The position numbers were made by a program, and so were the translations under genes. The notes under the pieces were generated by a model. It saw only the letters and a program-made list of their open reading frames with translations, searched no databases and was not told where the DNA came from. From Terriglobia bacterium (GTDB lineage: Bacteria; Acidobacteriota; Polarisedimenticolia; Polarisedimenticolales; JAIQFR01): 64,000 nt of DNA. Positions 19,663-29,437 of the stretch are shown piece after piece; within the stretch, counting starts at the first letter, position 1, and each line of letters begins with the position of its first letter. The stretch covers positions 640,001 through 704,000 of the forward strand of contig CAVVHE010000004.1 in the NCBI GenBank assembly GCA_963748015.1, written 5' to 3'.

Positions 19663-20348
19663 GGCGCGAGATCTTGGACAGCCCTGGCACTCGGGCGCCC
19701 CCCGCCCTGGAGCAGGAACGCCGGGAGGTCGGACGCGGCAGCCGCCTCCTTCGGGGTCCCGTAGAGGCCCCAGCAGACCCGGTAGCAGGTGGGGCCGCGA
19801 TCGGGCAGCGGGAGCAGGAAGAGCCGGTCCGAGCCCCCGGTCTTCTGGAGGATCCGCTTGGTGTTGTCCGGCTTGCAGGTCACGAGCACCTGGGCGGTGA
19901 AGCTCCCGCGGCTGTTCGAGAGCCGGAGGAGATCCCGTTCCGCGCGCAGGCCGAGATCGTCGCCTGCCGGCGGGGGGCCCGCCGGCGAGGGCCGAGGCGC
20001 GCCCGCGGTATCGACGGGGGGACGCGGCGGCGCCGGAGCCGCGCCGGAAGGCGGCGGGAGCGCGGCGGAGGTCGGCGGCACGTCGACGTTCTCGACCTCT
20101 TCGTCGGATGCGGGCGCGGGCTCGGGACGGGCGGCCACGGCGGCCGGCGGCGAAGATCGCGAACCGATCTCCCTCTCGCGCGCGGTGGAGGAGGGGGCGG
20201 TCTTGCCGGCTCGCAGCAGTCCACCGGCCGCCAGGATCGCGAGCACGGCGGCGAGGAGGATCCCGGTCGAAACCATCTGCCTCCAGTCGCCCCGCGTTCG
20301 AGGCGCCGGCTCGTCCCCTCCGTCCTGGGATCCCCTGTCTTCGTCCAT
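19659..20348 (-). CDS. Membrane-anchored Pro-rich protein with SPOR-like C-terminal domain
   Basis: One TM helix, Pro/Ala linker, FTAQVLVTC...CYRVCWGLYGT. Confidence 0.6.
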   Translation of the reverse strand: MDEDRGSQDGGDEPAPRTRGDWRQMVSTGILLAAVLAILAAGGLLRAGKTAPSSTAREREIGSRSSPPAAVAARPEPAPASDEEVENVDVPPTSAALPPPSGAAPAPPRPPVDTAGAPRPSPAGPPPAGDDLGLRAERDLLRLSNSRGSFTAQVLVTCKPDNTKRILQKTGGSDRLFLLPLPDRGPTCYRVCWGLYGTPKEAAAASDLPAFLLQGGGRPSARAVQDLAP

Positions 20349-20479
20349 GACGTTTCCGCTCTCCGCCCCGCTCTCAGAATATAGTCCGCTCGCTTGCCGG
20401 TCGCATTGTAGCCGCACCCCGGCCCCGCCCGGATCCGCGTGCTACAATTCCGCGCCGTTTTGGCCACCCGGAGGTGCCG

Positions 20480-22093
20480 ATGCGTCGCAGCGGGTCGCAC
20501 CCGGCCGAGTTCGTGGTGGTGGGAAGCGGCGTGGCCGGCCTGAGGGCGGCCATCGGCCTCGCGGAAGCCTGGCACAGCGTCCTGCTGCTGACCAAGGACG
20601 CCCCGACCGATTCCAACACCGATCGCGCGCAGGGAGGTGTCGCCGTCGTCCTCTCCGACGAGGACGAGGTCGGTCTCCACTTCGAGGACACGCTGCGCGC
20701 GGGAGCCGGGCTGTCGGAAGTCGAGGCCGCCCGGACGCTCGTGGAGGACGGCGCGCGCGCGATCATCGAACTGATGGAGTGGGGGGCGGATTTCGACCGG
20801 AAGGGGATCCACTTCGCCTTCGCGCGGGAGGCCGCCCACAGCGCGCGGCGCGTGCTGCACGCAGGAGGAGACGCGACGGGGCGGGAGATCGTCCGCGCGC
20901 TCCTCGTGAAGGCCTCCACCTTTCCCAACCTGCGCATCGCCTCGCGCTGCACCGCGCAGGATCTCTGGGTCGAGGCAGGCGTCTGCCGCGGCGTGCACTA
21001 CCTGGACGAGTGGGCGGGGGAGACGCGGTCGGCTCCCGCGGCCGGAGTCCTCCTCGCCACCGGCGGCGCCGGCTGCGTCTACCTCCACAACACGAACCCC
21101 CCCCAGGCGACCGGCGACGGGATCGCCATGGCCTGGCTGGCGGGGGCCGAGCTGATGGACATGGAGTTCGTGCAGTTCCATCCGACCGCGCTCGCGGTGC
21201 CCGGCGAGCCGCGGTGGCTCCTCACGGAGGCGCTCCGCGGCGAGGGTGGCGTGCTGCGCACCGTGGAGGGGCGGCGTTTCATGCCCGACTACCACGCGGG
21301 CGCCGAGCTCGCCCCTCGCGACGTGGTGAGCCGGAGCATCGTCCGGGAAATGGCGCGCACCGGCGACGACTACGTCCTCCTCGACCTCCGCGCCCTCGAC
21401 GCGCCGTTCCTGCGAAAGCGCTTTCCCGGCATCGACGCGCTATGCACGCGATGCGGTTTCGATTTCACCCGCGAGCCGATCCCGGTCGTGCCGGCCGCCC
21501 ATTACTTCATGGGCGGCATCAGGACCGACCTCTCCGGTCGGACGAGCCTCGGCGGCCTCTACGCGGCCGGGGAGACCGCCTGCACGGGAGTGCACGGAGC
21601 GAATCGCCTGGCGAGCAACTCGCTGCTCGAGGGGCTCGTCTTCGGCGCGAGGGTCTCGACGGCGATGGGCGTGGACGTGAACGGCGACGCGGGCGAGCCT
21701 TCGGCGGTCCGGGAGCAGGGCGGGTTCTTCCCCCAAGACGCCGCCGTCGAGATCGCGCACCGGATCCGCCACGAGGCCTGGGACCGGCTCGGCGTCATCC
21801 GCGACGGCGAGGGGATCGAGGCCGCGAGGGGAGCGTTAGACGCTCTCGGGGAGCAGCGCGTCGCGCGCCGATCGTCGAGGGAGGGAATCGAGGCCAGGAA
21901 CCTGTGGGTCGTCGCCCGGGCGGTGGCGGAGGCCGCGGCGTGGCGCACGGAAAGCCGCGGGGCGCACTTCAGGACGGACCATCCGGCTACCGACGACAGG
22001 CACTTCCGCGTGCACTCGGTCCAACGACTCGGCCGCTCCCCGGAGGCGGTGCCCGTGGGACGGGGCCCGCTCGGGATCACCGAATCAAAGTAA
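20480..22093 (+). CDS. nadB: L-aspartate oxidase
   Basis: VVGSGVAGL, AQGGVA, REAAHS, EFVQFHPT, TEALRGEG, ELAPRDVVSR, AAHYFMGG, GVHGANRLASNSLLEG, ESRGAHFR. Confidence 0.95.
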   Translation: MRRSGSHPAEFVVVGSGVAGLRAAIGLAEAWHSVLLLTKDAPTDSNTDRAQGGVAVVLSDEDEVGLHFEDTLRAGAGLSEVEAARTLVEDGARAIIELMEWGADFDRKGIHFAFAREAAHSARRVLHAGGDATGREIVRALLVKASTFPNLRIASRCTAQDLWVEAGVCRGVHYLDEWAGETRSAPAAGVLLATGGAGCVYLHNTNPPQATGDGIAMAWLAGAELMDMEFVQFHPTALAVPGEPRWLLTEALRGEGGVLRTVEGRRFMPDYHAGAELAPRDVVSRSIVREMARTGDDYVLLDLRALDAPFLRKRFPGIDALCTRCGFDFTREPIPVVPAAHYFMGGIRTDLSGRTSLGGLYAAGETACTGVHGANRLASNSLLEGLVFGARVSTAMGVDVNGDAGEPSAVREQGGFFPQDAAVEIAHRIRHEAWDRLGVIRDGEGIEAARGALDALGEQRVARRSSREGIEARNLWVVARAVAEAAAWRTESRGAHFRTDHPATDDRHFRVHSVQRLGRSPEAVPVGRGPLGITESK

Positions 22094-22787
22094 AGCAGCG
22101 GCTCCAGCGGGAGCGGGTGAAGAAGTGGAGCGCCTTGCTCGCGATGGACTTCGCGCTTTCCACGACCCCGCGCGGGTTCGCCTCGACGGAGTCCTCCTGG
22201 TAGGACCACCAGATGAGGAGGGCCCGCCCCTTGACGAGCGACTTGGGGACGAAGCCCCAGACGCGGCTGTCGGCGGACATGTTGCGATGGTCTCCCATGG
22301 CGAAGTAGTTTTCCAGGGGCACCCGCGTCGGCCCGTACGACTCGCCGCGTCGGTAGGAAGCATCCACGTAAGGCTCGTTGATGAGAGCGCCGTTCACGTA
22401 GAGGTAGCCGTCGCGGACCTCGATCGTGTCGCCGGGGAGGCCGACGATCCGCTTGATGTAGTCGGTCTCCGGCTCGGCGGGGAACTTGAAGACGACGACG
22501 TCGCCGCGGCGGATGTCCCGCACCGGGAGGAGCTTGTTCTCCCACTCGAACAAGGCCGGCGAGTACATGAAGCGGTTCACCATGATGTAGTCGCCGACAA
22601 GGAGCGTGTCCATCATGGACCCGCTGGGGATCTTCGACTGCTGGAAGACGAACGCCCGCGAGAAGATCACGAAGATCACGCAGACGATGATCGTCTCGAT
22701 GTAGTCCCGGAGGATCCCCTTCGGCTGCGGCTCGCCGATCGCGACCTCTCGCCCGTCCGCATATCCCGTGCGCCCGCCCAAGCTCAC
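22077..22787 (-). CDS. lepB: Signal peptidase I
   Basis: IPSGSMMDTLLVGD, DYIKRIVGLPGD, MGDHRNMSADSR; GTG start overlaps the upstream stop (GTGA). Confidence 0.92.
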   Translation of the reverse strand: MSLGGRTGYADGREVAIGEPQPKGILRDYIETIIVCVIFVIFSRAFVFQQSKIPSGSMMDTLLVGDYIMVNRFMYSPALFEWENKLLPVRDIRRGDVVVFKFPAEPETDYIKRIVGLPGDTIEVRDGYLYVNGALINEPYVDASYRRGESYGPTRVPLENYFAMGDHRNMSADSRVWGFVPKSLVKGRALLIWWSYQEDSVEANPRGVVESAKSIASKALHFFTRSRWSRCFTLIR

Positions 22788-23326
22788 ACCTCCAAGCCGC
22801 GATCGAGGAACTCCCGGACCGCGCCCAGCGCCTCCTCCGGAGTGTCCACCACGCGGGTGACGTCGAACTGCTCCGACTCGATCATCCCGGCCCGGACGAG
22901 ATGCCTCAGGAGCGGCCTCCAAGCGTCCCCCAACAGTACCACGGGGCGGCGGTCGAGGCTTCCGGCGCGATGGAGGGCCCAAAGCAGGGCGAGCTCCGCG
23001 AGGGTGCCGGACTTCCCCTCGAGCACGACGTAACCGTCGGCCGCCTCGATCAGCGTCCGGGTCCGCGTGAACAGCTCGGGGGTGTCCACGACCTCCCCGA
23101 GATAGGGATTCGGGGCGCGCTCGCGGAAGATCCCGCAAACGACGCCGAGCGGCGACCCTCCGGCCTCCGCCGCGCCGCGGCTCGCCCCCTCCATGACCCC
23201 GCCGTATCCGCCCGTGACGACCCGGAAACCCGCCCCGGCGAGCAGCCGCCCGACCGCGCGCGCCGTCTCGTACAAGAGATCGCCCGGGCGGGGCTCCGAG
23301 GAGCCGAAGACCGCGATGGTCCGCAT
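22784..23326 (-). CDS. LOG family (Rossmann-fold nucleotide-binding) protein
   Basis: IAVFGSS, VTGGYGGVMEGASRGA, GKSGTLAEL. Confidence 0.85.
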   Translation of the reverse strand: MRTIAVFGSSEPRPGDLLYETARAVGRLLAGAGFRVVTGGYGGVMEGASRGAAEAGGSPLGVVCGIFRERAPNPYLGEVVDTPELFTRTRTLIEAADGYVVLEGKSGTLAELALLWALHRAGSLDRRPVVLLGDAWRPLLRHLVRAGMIESEQFDVTRVVDTPEEALGAVREFLDRGLEV

Positions 23327-23526
23327 GCCGACCGAGCCGTCCGCCGCCTCCCGCAAGCCGCGACCTCCGCCGATTCGAATCGAGCGCGAGAGGATATCGC
23401 AGCCCGGGCACCTCGTCGACGCGCCGTCCGGGAGCCGCTAGAATGCTTCGACCCGATCGGCGGGCGGACACCGGGCGTTCCGGGAGCGCCGGGCCGCGCG
23501 GGCGGCGAAACCTGTAGGGACGGAAC

Positions 23527-24090
23527 ATGAGCCATCAGCGTCAACGGTCCGCAACGAGACTGCTCCTGGTCGTCGCCCTCCAGGCGGCGATCATCGCGGG
23601 CTGCGGCGGTCCCCCGGCGGAGAAGTCCGGCGGCGAGAGCGCGGGGACGGCCGGCCGCGCCCCGAAAGCCGCTCCGGATTTCTCGCTCGAGGATCTCGAG
23701 GGCAAGACCGTGCGCCTCTCCGACAGCGCGGGGAAGGTCCGCCTCGTGGATTTCTGGGCCACGTGGTGCGCCCCCTGCCGCGAGGAGATCCCGCAGTTCA
23801 AGGAGCTCTACGCGCAGTACAAGGACCAGGGCTTCGAGCTCATCGGGATCGCGATGGACGAGGAGGGCGCGAAGGTCGTTCGCCCGTTCCTGGAGAAGCA
23901 CCAGGTCTCCTACACCAACCTCCTGGGGAACGAGAAGGTCGAGCAGGCCTTCGGCGGGGTCCTCGGCTACCCGACGGCGTTCTTCATCGATCGCGACGGG
24001 AAGATCGTGGACTCCTACGTGGGCGGCGTGCCGAAGCGGGTGTTCGAGGCGCGGCTCCGCGAGCTGCTCGGCCTCGGCGCGGCCTCCTGA
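23527..24090 (+). CDS. TlpA/ResA-like thiol-disulfide oxidoreductase, probable lipoprotein
   Basis: IAGC lipobox, APDFSL, DFWATWCAPC, YPTAFFIDRDG. Confidence 0.88.
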   Translation: MSHQRQRSATRLLLVVALQAAIIAGCGGPPAEKSGGESAGTAGRAPKAAPDFSLEDLEGKTVRLSDSAGKVRLVDFWATWCAPCREEIPQFKELYAQYKDQGFELIGIAMDEEGAKVVRPFLEKHQVSYTNLLGNEKVEQAFGGVLGYPTAFFIDRDGKIVDSYVGGVPKRVFEARLRELLGLGAAS

Positions 24091-24256
24091 CCCGCGGCCT
24101 CCGGTCCCACCCGGGCGGGGGCGCCTTTTTCCGCCGATCCGGGACGGTTTGGGGCGGTGCCACAAAACGGCACGCTCATTACGATCCTCGAATTGTCGGC
24201 GGCCTCCACGATCCCTAGATTCTCCCTCGGGCCAGTCCTCCCCAGGGAGAACCGCC

Positions 24257-26182
24257 GTGCCATCGCGTCCACACTTCCGCCGGTCGATCCTGATCGGGTC
24301 CCTGATCGTCCTCGCGGCCACCGCCGCGGCGGCGCGCGACGCGCGCCCCCGCTCGCAGGAAAGGGTGCTCGCCGCGATCGTAATGGCCGACGAGAGCGCG
24401 GAAACGCGCGAGGAAGCGGCCGAGGCCATCCGGGCCGCCCGCGGGACGGTGGCCCACGCGTTCGACGGCCTGTTGATCGTCGAGATCTCCCCCGACGCCC
24501 TGCCCGGACTGCTCCTGAGTCCGGCCGTGAGGGAGGCGGGCACGGAGGGAATCGCGGCGTCGAAGCACCGGCGGCGTCCGGAGGGGTTCCACGCGGGAGT
24601 CACCGCCTGGAACCGGTTCTTCCGGAACCAGGCGAAGCGATTCTCGGTCATGGCACCGGAGGGGCTCGCCGGTCCGCCGCGCGAGGGGCAGGATTCGTGG
24701 CTGCCCCCGGCTACCGTCCTTCCGGCCTCCGCGTCCGGGCTCGAGGGATGGAGCCCCGGTGGGAGGCTCGACGTCATCGAGGGCGTTTGCGCCGCGGCCG
24801 CCTCGACCCAGCCCTACGGGGCCACCGATCAGAACACGAGCGAGTTCCTCGCGGGCTCGGTTTCCGTCAACGTGATCCTGGTCCAGAGCGACGGCTCGGT
24901 CGACCTCTCCACCGAGAAATGGACCGCCGAGAGGGAACAGGCCGTGGCGACCCAGGTCGCCGCCGGCCTCGACTGGCTCCGGAGCCAGGAGCCCGCGGCG
25001 AATCTCTCCTTCGTCTACCACGTGATCGCGGGGCGCCTCGCCTCGACGGCGCGCACCGGCTACGAGCCCGTCTCCCGGAAGGCCGACCCGATGGGCGCGA
25101 CGGGGGAGGATCTCTGGGTCGGGCAGATCCTGACGAAGATGGGGTACACGAGCGGCGACCGATGGGTCCGCTCCCGCGCGCTCGCGAACGACACCCGGCG
25201 GGCGGACCGGTCCGACTGGGGGGTCAACGTCTTCGTCGTGGACTCGCTCGTGGATGGGGACGGGCGCTTCACGGACGGCTACTTCGCCTACGCGTGGATC
25301 GGCGGTCCCCACCTGATCATGACGTACGACAACCAGGCCTGGGGCATCGACCGTATGAACCAGGTGGTGCGTCACGAGATCCTGCACTCGTTCTTCGCCT
25401 TCGACGAGTACAGCGGCAGCGGCTGCACCTGCACCGAGCACCGCGGCTACCTCGATGGCGTCAACGGCAACTGCCGGAGCTGCAATCCCGCGGCGACCGC
25501 GTGCGTGATGGACTCGAACACCTCGGCGATGTGCTCCAACACGCGGCGGCAGATCGGCTGGACGGACCTCGACGGGGACGGCGCCGACGACGTGATCGGG
25601 GAGGACCCCGTCACGGTGCTCGACACCCCTCCGGCGACCGTCTGCGGCGGAGCGGTCCTCACCGGACAGGGATCGGTCGTTGCCGCCACCAACCGGAACC
25701 CGGCAGGCGTGACCCCGAAGGTGAGCGTCAGCGTGAACCGCCTCTCCGGCGTGGAGTGGAGGGCCGACGGCGGGAACTGGGCGCCGGCCGACCCGTCCGA
25801 CGGCGCCTGGGGAGACTACGTCGAGGCCTTCAAGGCGACGCTCTCGCTCTCCCCGGGGACCTACAACCTGGATCTGCGGACGGTGGACGACCACGGCAAC
25901 ACGGACCTCACGCCCGCCACGGCGAGGGTGACCGCTCTCGCCGGGGCCGCCGATCCCGGCGCCGTGGTGACCGCCGCGCGGTCTCCGGGCGGGACGGCGT
26001 CGCTCTCCTGGGCGGGCGCCCCCTCGGCGGCCAAGTACCGCGTGTACCGATCCTCGACGGCGGCGGGGAACCCCTCGCTGGCGGTCGAGACCACCGCCAC
26101 GGCCTGGACCGACACGGTCACCTCGTCCGTCTACTACCGCGTCCGCTCCGTGGACGCGTGCGGCAACGAGAGCTCTCCTTGA
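24257..26182 (+). CDS. Secreted zinc-metalloprotease-like protein with Ig/FN3-like C-terminal domains
   Basis: Signal peptide after GTG at 24257; HEILHSFFAFDEY (HExxH...DEY); Cys-rich segment; FN3-like tail. Confidence 0.7.
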   Translation: MPSRPHFRRSILIGSLIVLAATAAAARDARPRSQERVLAAIVMADESAETREEAAEAIRAARGTVAHAFDGLLIVEISPDALPGLLLSPAVREAGTEGIAASKHRRRPEGFHAGVTAWNRFFRNQAKRFSVMAPEGLAGPPREGQDSWLPPATVLPASASGLEGWSPGGRLDVIEGVCAAAASTQPYGATDQNTSEFLAGSVSVNVILVQSDGSVDLSTEKWTAEREQAVATQVAAGLDWLRSQEPAANLSFVYHVIAGRLASTARTGYEPVSRKADPMGATGEDLWVGQILTKMGYTSGDRWVRSRALANDTRRADRSDWGVNVFVVDSLVDGDGRFTDGYFAYAWIGGPHLIMTYDNQAWGIDRMNQVVRHEILHSFFAFDEYSGSGCTCTEHRGYLDGVNGNCRSCNPAATACVMDSNTSAMCSNTRRQIGWTDLDGDGADDVIGEDPVTVLDTPPATVCGGAVLTGQGSVVAATNRNPAGVTPKVSVSVNRLSGVEWRADGGNWAPADPSDGAWGDYVEAFKATLSLSPGTYNLDLRTVDDHGNTDLTPATARVTALAGAADPGAVVTAARSPGGTASLSWAGAPSAAKYRVYRSSTAAGNPSLAVETTATAWTDTVTSSVYYRVRSVDACGNESSP

Positions 26183-26217
26183 TGGCGCCTGGACCCTCTG
26201 CGGAAGCGGGAGGGAGC

Positions 26218-26373
26218 ATGACGAGGCAGGCGAGGACGATCCTGATCATGGCGACGTTCGCCGTCGCGGCCGTCGTGCTTCTGGGCATCGTCGCGGGGCG
26301 CTACGAGAAGGCGCTCGCGTCGCGTCGCGCGGCGGTCGCCCCGGCGGCGAGCGCGGCGTCGCCGGCGAGGTAG
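26218..26373 (+). CDS. Small single-TM hypothetical protein (51 aa)
   Basis: GGGAG RBS, then MTRQARTILIMATFAVAAVVLLGIVAGRYEKAL... Confidence 0.5.
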   Translation: MTRQARTILIMATFAVAAVVLLGIVAGRYEKALASRRAAVAPAASAASPAR

Positions 26374-26378
26374 ACGGC

Positions 26379-26540
26379 CTAGCCCGACTTCTGCCCGCCG
26401 CCCTGCGCCAGCCTTCGCTCGAGGCGATCGATCCGGTCGCGCACCCGCCGGAGCCGCACGAACAGGAACGTCACGTAGCCCGCGATGGCGATCCAGATGA
26501 CGTTGTAGGCCCAGAAGAGGAAGTCGTAACCCTTTTCCAC
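26379..26540 (-). CDS. ccmD: Heme exporter protein D (CcmD family), 53 aa
   Basis: Not in the ORF track: MEKGYDFLFWAYNVIWIAIAGYVTFLFVRLRRVRDRIDRLERRLAQGGGQKSG; AAGGAG RBS; directly after ccmC. Confidence 0.8.
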   Translation of the reverse strand: MEKGYDFLFWAYNVIWIAIAGYVTFLFVRLRRVRDRIDRLERRLAQGGGQKSG

Positions 26541-26553
26541 GACGCTCTCCTTG

Positions 26554-27243
26554 TCAACGGCCCCCGAGGGTCTCGGAAAGGGCGCGCGAGCGATCCTCGA
26601 GAGTGGCCACGCGCGTCCGCAGCGTGAGCAGCAGCGCGTAGAGCAGGTAGAAGACGAACAGGCAGAACAGGAAGGTGCGGAGCATCTCCGGGGCGAGCGG
26701 ATCCTTCTTGCCGGGGCCGAAGACGACCGGGTGCTGCCCCCTCCACCAGTCCACCGCCTTGTAGATGATCGGGACGTCGAGCGCCGCCACGATCCCGAGC
26801 ACCGCCGCGAGGCGAGCGCCCTGGTCGCGGTTCTCGGCGTACCCGCGAACCATGAGGCACGCCGCCAGGATCAGCCACAGGACCAGGGTGGTCGTGAGGC
26901 GCGCCTCCCAGGTCCACCAGACCCCCCACGCCGGCTTGGCCCAGATCGGCCCGGTGACGAGAACCACGGTGCAGAACAGCAGGCCGATCTCGGTGGCGGA
27001 GCGCGAGAGGTTGTCCCAGAACATCCGCCGGGTTCCGAGGTAGGCCACCGACGCCACCAGCAGCACCATCACCGAGGAGAACGTCACGATGGCCGCCGGC
27101 ACGTGGAAGTAGAAGATGCGCTGCACGGGGCCCATGACCCGCTCGTCGGGGGCGTAGACGAAGACCATGTAGATCGCCCCGAGCATGAGCAGCGCCGTGG
27201 CCGAGAGCAGCGCGGCCGTCAGGACGTCCTTCGCGCCTTTCAT
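26554..27243 (-). CDS. ccmC: Heme exporter protein C
   Basis: RIFYFHVP, TGPIWAKPAWGVWWTWEARLT (WWD domain), WWRGQHP. Confidence 0.92.
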   Translation of the reverse strand: MKGAKDVLTAALLSATALLMLGAIYMVFVYAPDERVMGPVQRIFYFHVPAAIVTFSSVMVLLVASVAYLGTRRMFWDNLSRSATEIGLLFCTVVLVTGPIWAKPAWGVWWTWEARLTTTLVLWLILAACLMVRGYAENRDQGARLAAVLGIVAALDVPIIYKAVDWWRGQHPVVFGPGKKDPLAPEMLRTFLFCLFVFYLLYALLLTLRTRVATLEDRSRALSETLGGR

Positions 27244-27253
27244 GAATCCTCCG

Positions 27254-27967
27254 TCAGTCCTCGAGGATGTACTCGAAGGTCAGGATCGCCACGAGGAAGT
27301 AGAGCACGTCGAACCCCGTCGTCACCAGCATCCAGTTCGAGACCGACGACAACGGCTTCCCCTCGAGAACCGCCGAGGTGCACTTGACCGCCGCGATGAA
27401 CAGGGGAGACGCCACGGGGAACAGGAGCGTCGCGAGAAGCGCCTCCCCGCGGCCGACCCTCGCGGCGACCGCGGCGAAGAGCGTTCCGAGCTCGCACAGC
27501 CCCACGGTGTGGATCCCCACGACCAGGAGGAGCGGTCCGAGAACGGAGAGCAGGTCGTAGTCGAAGAAGATGGCCGAGAGCGGGAGGATGATCGCCTGGA
27601 GGGCGACGACGGTCGCGACGTTCGCGAGCGCCTTCCCGGCGAACAGCACGGAGCGGTCCACCGGCGCGAGGATCAGCGCCGACAGGGAGTCGCGATGGCG
27701 CTCGATCTGGAACGACCGCGCGAACCCGACGATGCCGGAGAACGAGAAGGTGACCCACAGGATCCCGGGCACGAGCCGGGCCGCGCCGATCTGCCGCACG
27801 GTGGTGAGATCGAACGCGAAGTTGAAAACGACGAGGACGATCAGGGAGAACAGGACCATCGCGGACAGCGTCTCGAGCGTCCGCCACTCGATCATGAGGT
27901 CCTTGGACGCCACGACCCACGCCCCGCGGAAGAACCCCGGACCGGTCGGGCGCCGCCCGCCGCTCAC
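27254..27967 (-). CDS. ccmB: Heme exporter protein B
   Basis: KDLMIEWR, PGILWVTFSFSG, multi-TM; lies between ccmA and ccmC. Confidence 0.9.
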   Translation of the reverse strand: MSGGRRPTGPGFFRGAWVVASKDLMIEWRTLETLSAMVLFSLIVLVVFNFAFDLTTVRQIGAARLVPGILWVTFSFSGIVGFARSFQIERHRDSLSALILAPVDRSVLFAGKALANVATVVALQAIILPLSAIFFDYDLLSVLGPLLLVVGIHTVGLCELGTLFAAVAARVGRGEALLATLLFPVASPLFIAAVKCTSAVLEGKPLSSVSNWMLVTTGFDVLYFLVAILTFEYILED

Positions 27968-28716
27968 GACTTGCCCCCGCCCGGAGGCGGGCCCCCGACG
28001 TGCTCGAAGTACGACCGCTCGAACGCGAGCCGGTCCATCCCGGCGGAGGCCCCCTGCGCGCGGATGCGCCCCCGCGCCAGGATCATCCAGCGGTCCGACA
28101 GCTCGAGCCCCTCGACGAGATTGTGCGTGACGAGGAAGAGCGTCCGCCCCTCGTGCCGAAGCCTTTCCAGCGTCGCCCTCAAGAGCGCGGCGGCGTAGGG
28201 ATCGAGGCCGGTGAACGGCTCGTCGAGGAAGACGATCTCGGGATCGTGGATGAGGCAGCGGGCGAGGGCCAGCCGCTGCTGCATTCCGCGCGACAGGGTG
28301 CGCGCGGGGTCGTCCGCCCGCTCCGTGAGCCGCACCGACTCGAGGAGCGCGTCCGCTCTCTCGGCCGGGTCGGGAAGGCCGTAGAGGCGCGCGAAGAAGA
28401 TCAGGTTCTCCCTCGCGGTCAAATCGTCGTACTGGAAGGTCTGGTGCGAGATCAGCCCGAGGATCGCCTTGGTCTCGAGCTCGTGCGCGCGCGGGTCCTG
28501 CCCGGCGATCCGGACCGACCCCGCGGTCATCTTGAGGCTCGAGGTGAGGATCCGGGTCAGGGTGGTCTTGCCGGCGCCGTTCGGCCCGAACACCGCCAGC
28601 GACTCGCCGCGGGCGATCTCGAAGTCGAGGCCGTCGAGGGCGGCGATCGCCCCGAAGCGCTTGGTCAGGCCGCGGACCTCGACGATCGGGACTTCGCCCA
28701 CGGGTGCGATCTCCAC
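27964..28716 (-). CDS. ccmA: Heme ABC exporter ATP-binding protein
   Basis: GPNGAGKTT, LSRGMQQR, LDEPFTGLD; ccm context. Confidence 0.88.
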   Translation of the reverse strand: MEIAPVGEVPIVEVRGLTKRFGAIAALDGLDFEIARGESLAVFGPNGAGKTTLTRILTSSLKMTAGSVRIAGQDPRAHELETKAILGLISHQTFQYDDLTARENLIFFARLYGLPDPAERADALLESVRLTERADDPARTLSRGMQQRLALARCLIHDPEIVFLDEPFTGLDPYAAALLRATLERLRHEGRTLFLVTHNLVEGLELSDRWMILARGRIRAQGASAGMDRLAFERSYFEHVGGPPPGGGKS

Positions 28717-28812
28717 GGCGTGCGAACTTATCGTGCCTTCACCGGGGCTGACAAGGGGAGGGGCTCCGCGCCTCCAGCGGGGGGGGCGCTCGCGTCGCCC
28801 CGGGGTGCCGGC

Positions 28813-29256
28813 TTAGATCCCCTTGGTCCTGGGGTCGTCGTGAGGGTTCTTCTCTCCGCGTTCCTTGGCCGCCTCGTACTTCGAGGGGCATTTCGCCAGG
28901 AGATTGCTGGCGACGAACGTCCCGTCCTGCCGGAGTCCCCCCTCGATGACCACGTCCGCGCCGTCCACGAACGTGTCCGGAATCACGCCGTGGTACTCGA
29001 CCGGAAGGGCGGCCTGGCCGTCGGTGACGTTGAACCGGACGTCCATCCCGTTCTTCTGCCGCAGGATGGAGCCGTCCTCGACCTTCCCATTGATCCGGAT
29101 CCCGCCGTCGCGGGATCCGTCGAGCTTCCGGAACTCGCTCACCGTGTAGTAGTAGACGAGCCCGCTCTTGCTGCTGAGCGTCACGGCGAGCAGGAAGGCG
29201 ACGCAGGCCACGATCCCCACGCCGATCAGGACCAGCCGCAGTTTCTTCTTGTCCAT
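28813..29256 (-). CDS. ccmE: Cytochrome c maturation heme chaperone, CxxxY type
   Basis: N-terminal TM, YYYTVSE, GVIPDTF, VVIEG, LLAKCPSKY. Confidence 0.92.
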   Translation of the reverse strand: MDKKKLRLVLIGVGIVACVAFLLAVTLSSKSGLVYYYTVSEFRKLDGSRDGGIRINGKVEDGSILRQKNGMDVRFNVTDGQAALPVEYHGVIPDTFVDGADVVIEGGLRQDGTFVASNLLAKCPSKYEAAKERGEKNPHDDPRTKGI

Positions 29257-29437
29257 CGAGACCTCTCGCAACCCACGTGGCACGGCAAACCATTGTACGG
29301 ACCGGAAGAAATCCTGTCAATTCGGGCCTTTTTCCGTACATCACGCCGGGAGCGAAGGGGCGGGATCTCGCCACTTTTTGCTAATCCGCGGGTACGGTTG
29401 TACATTCCGCGTCGCCGAGAGAGGTCGAGGTAAGCGC

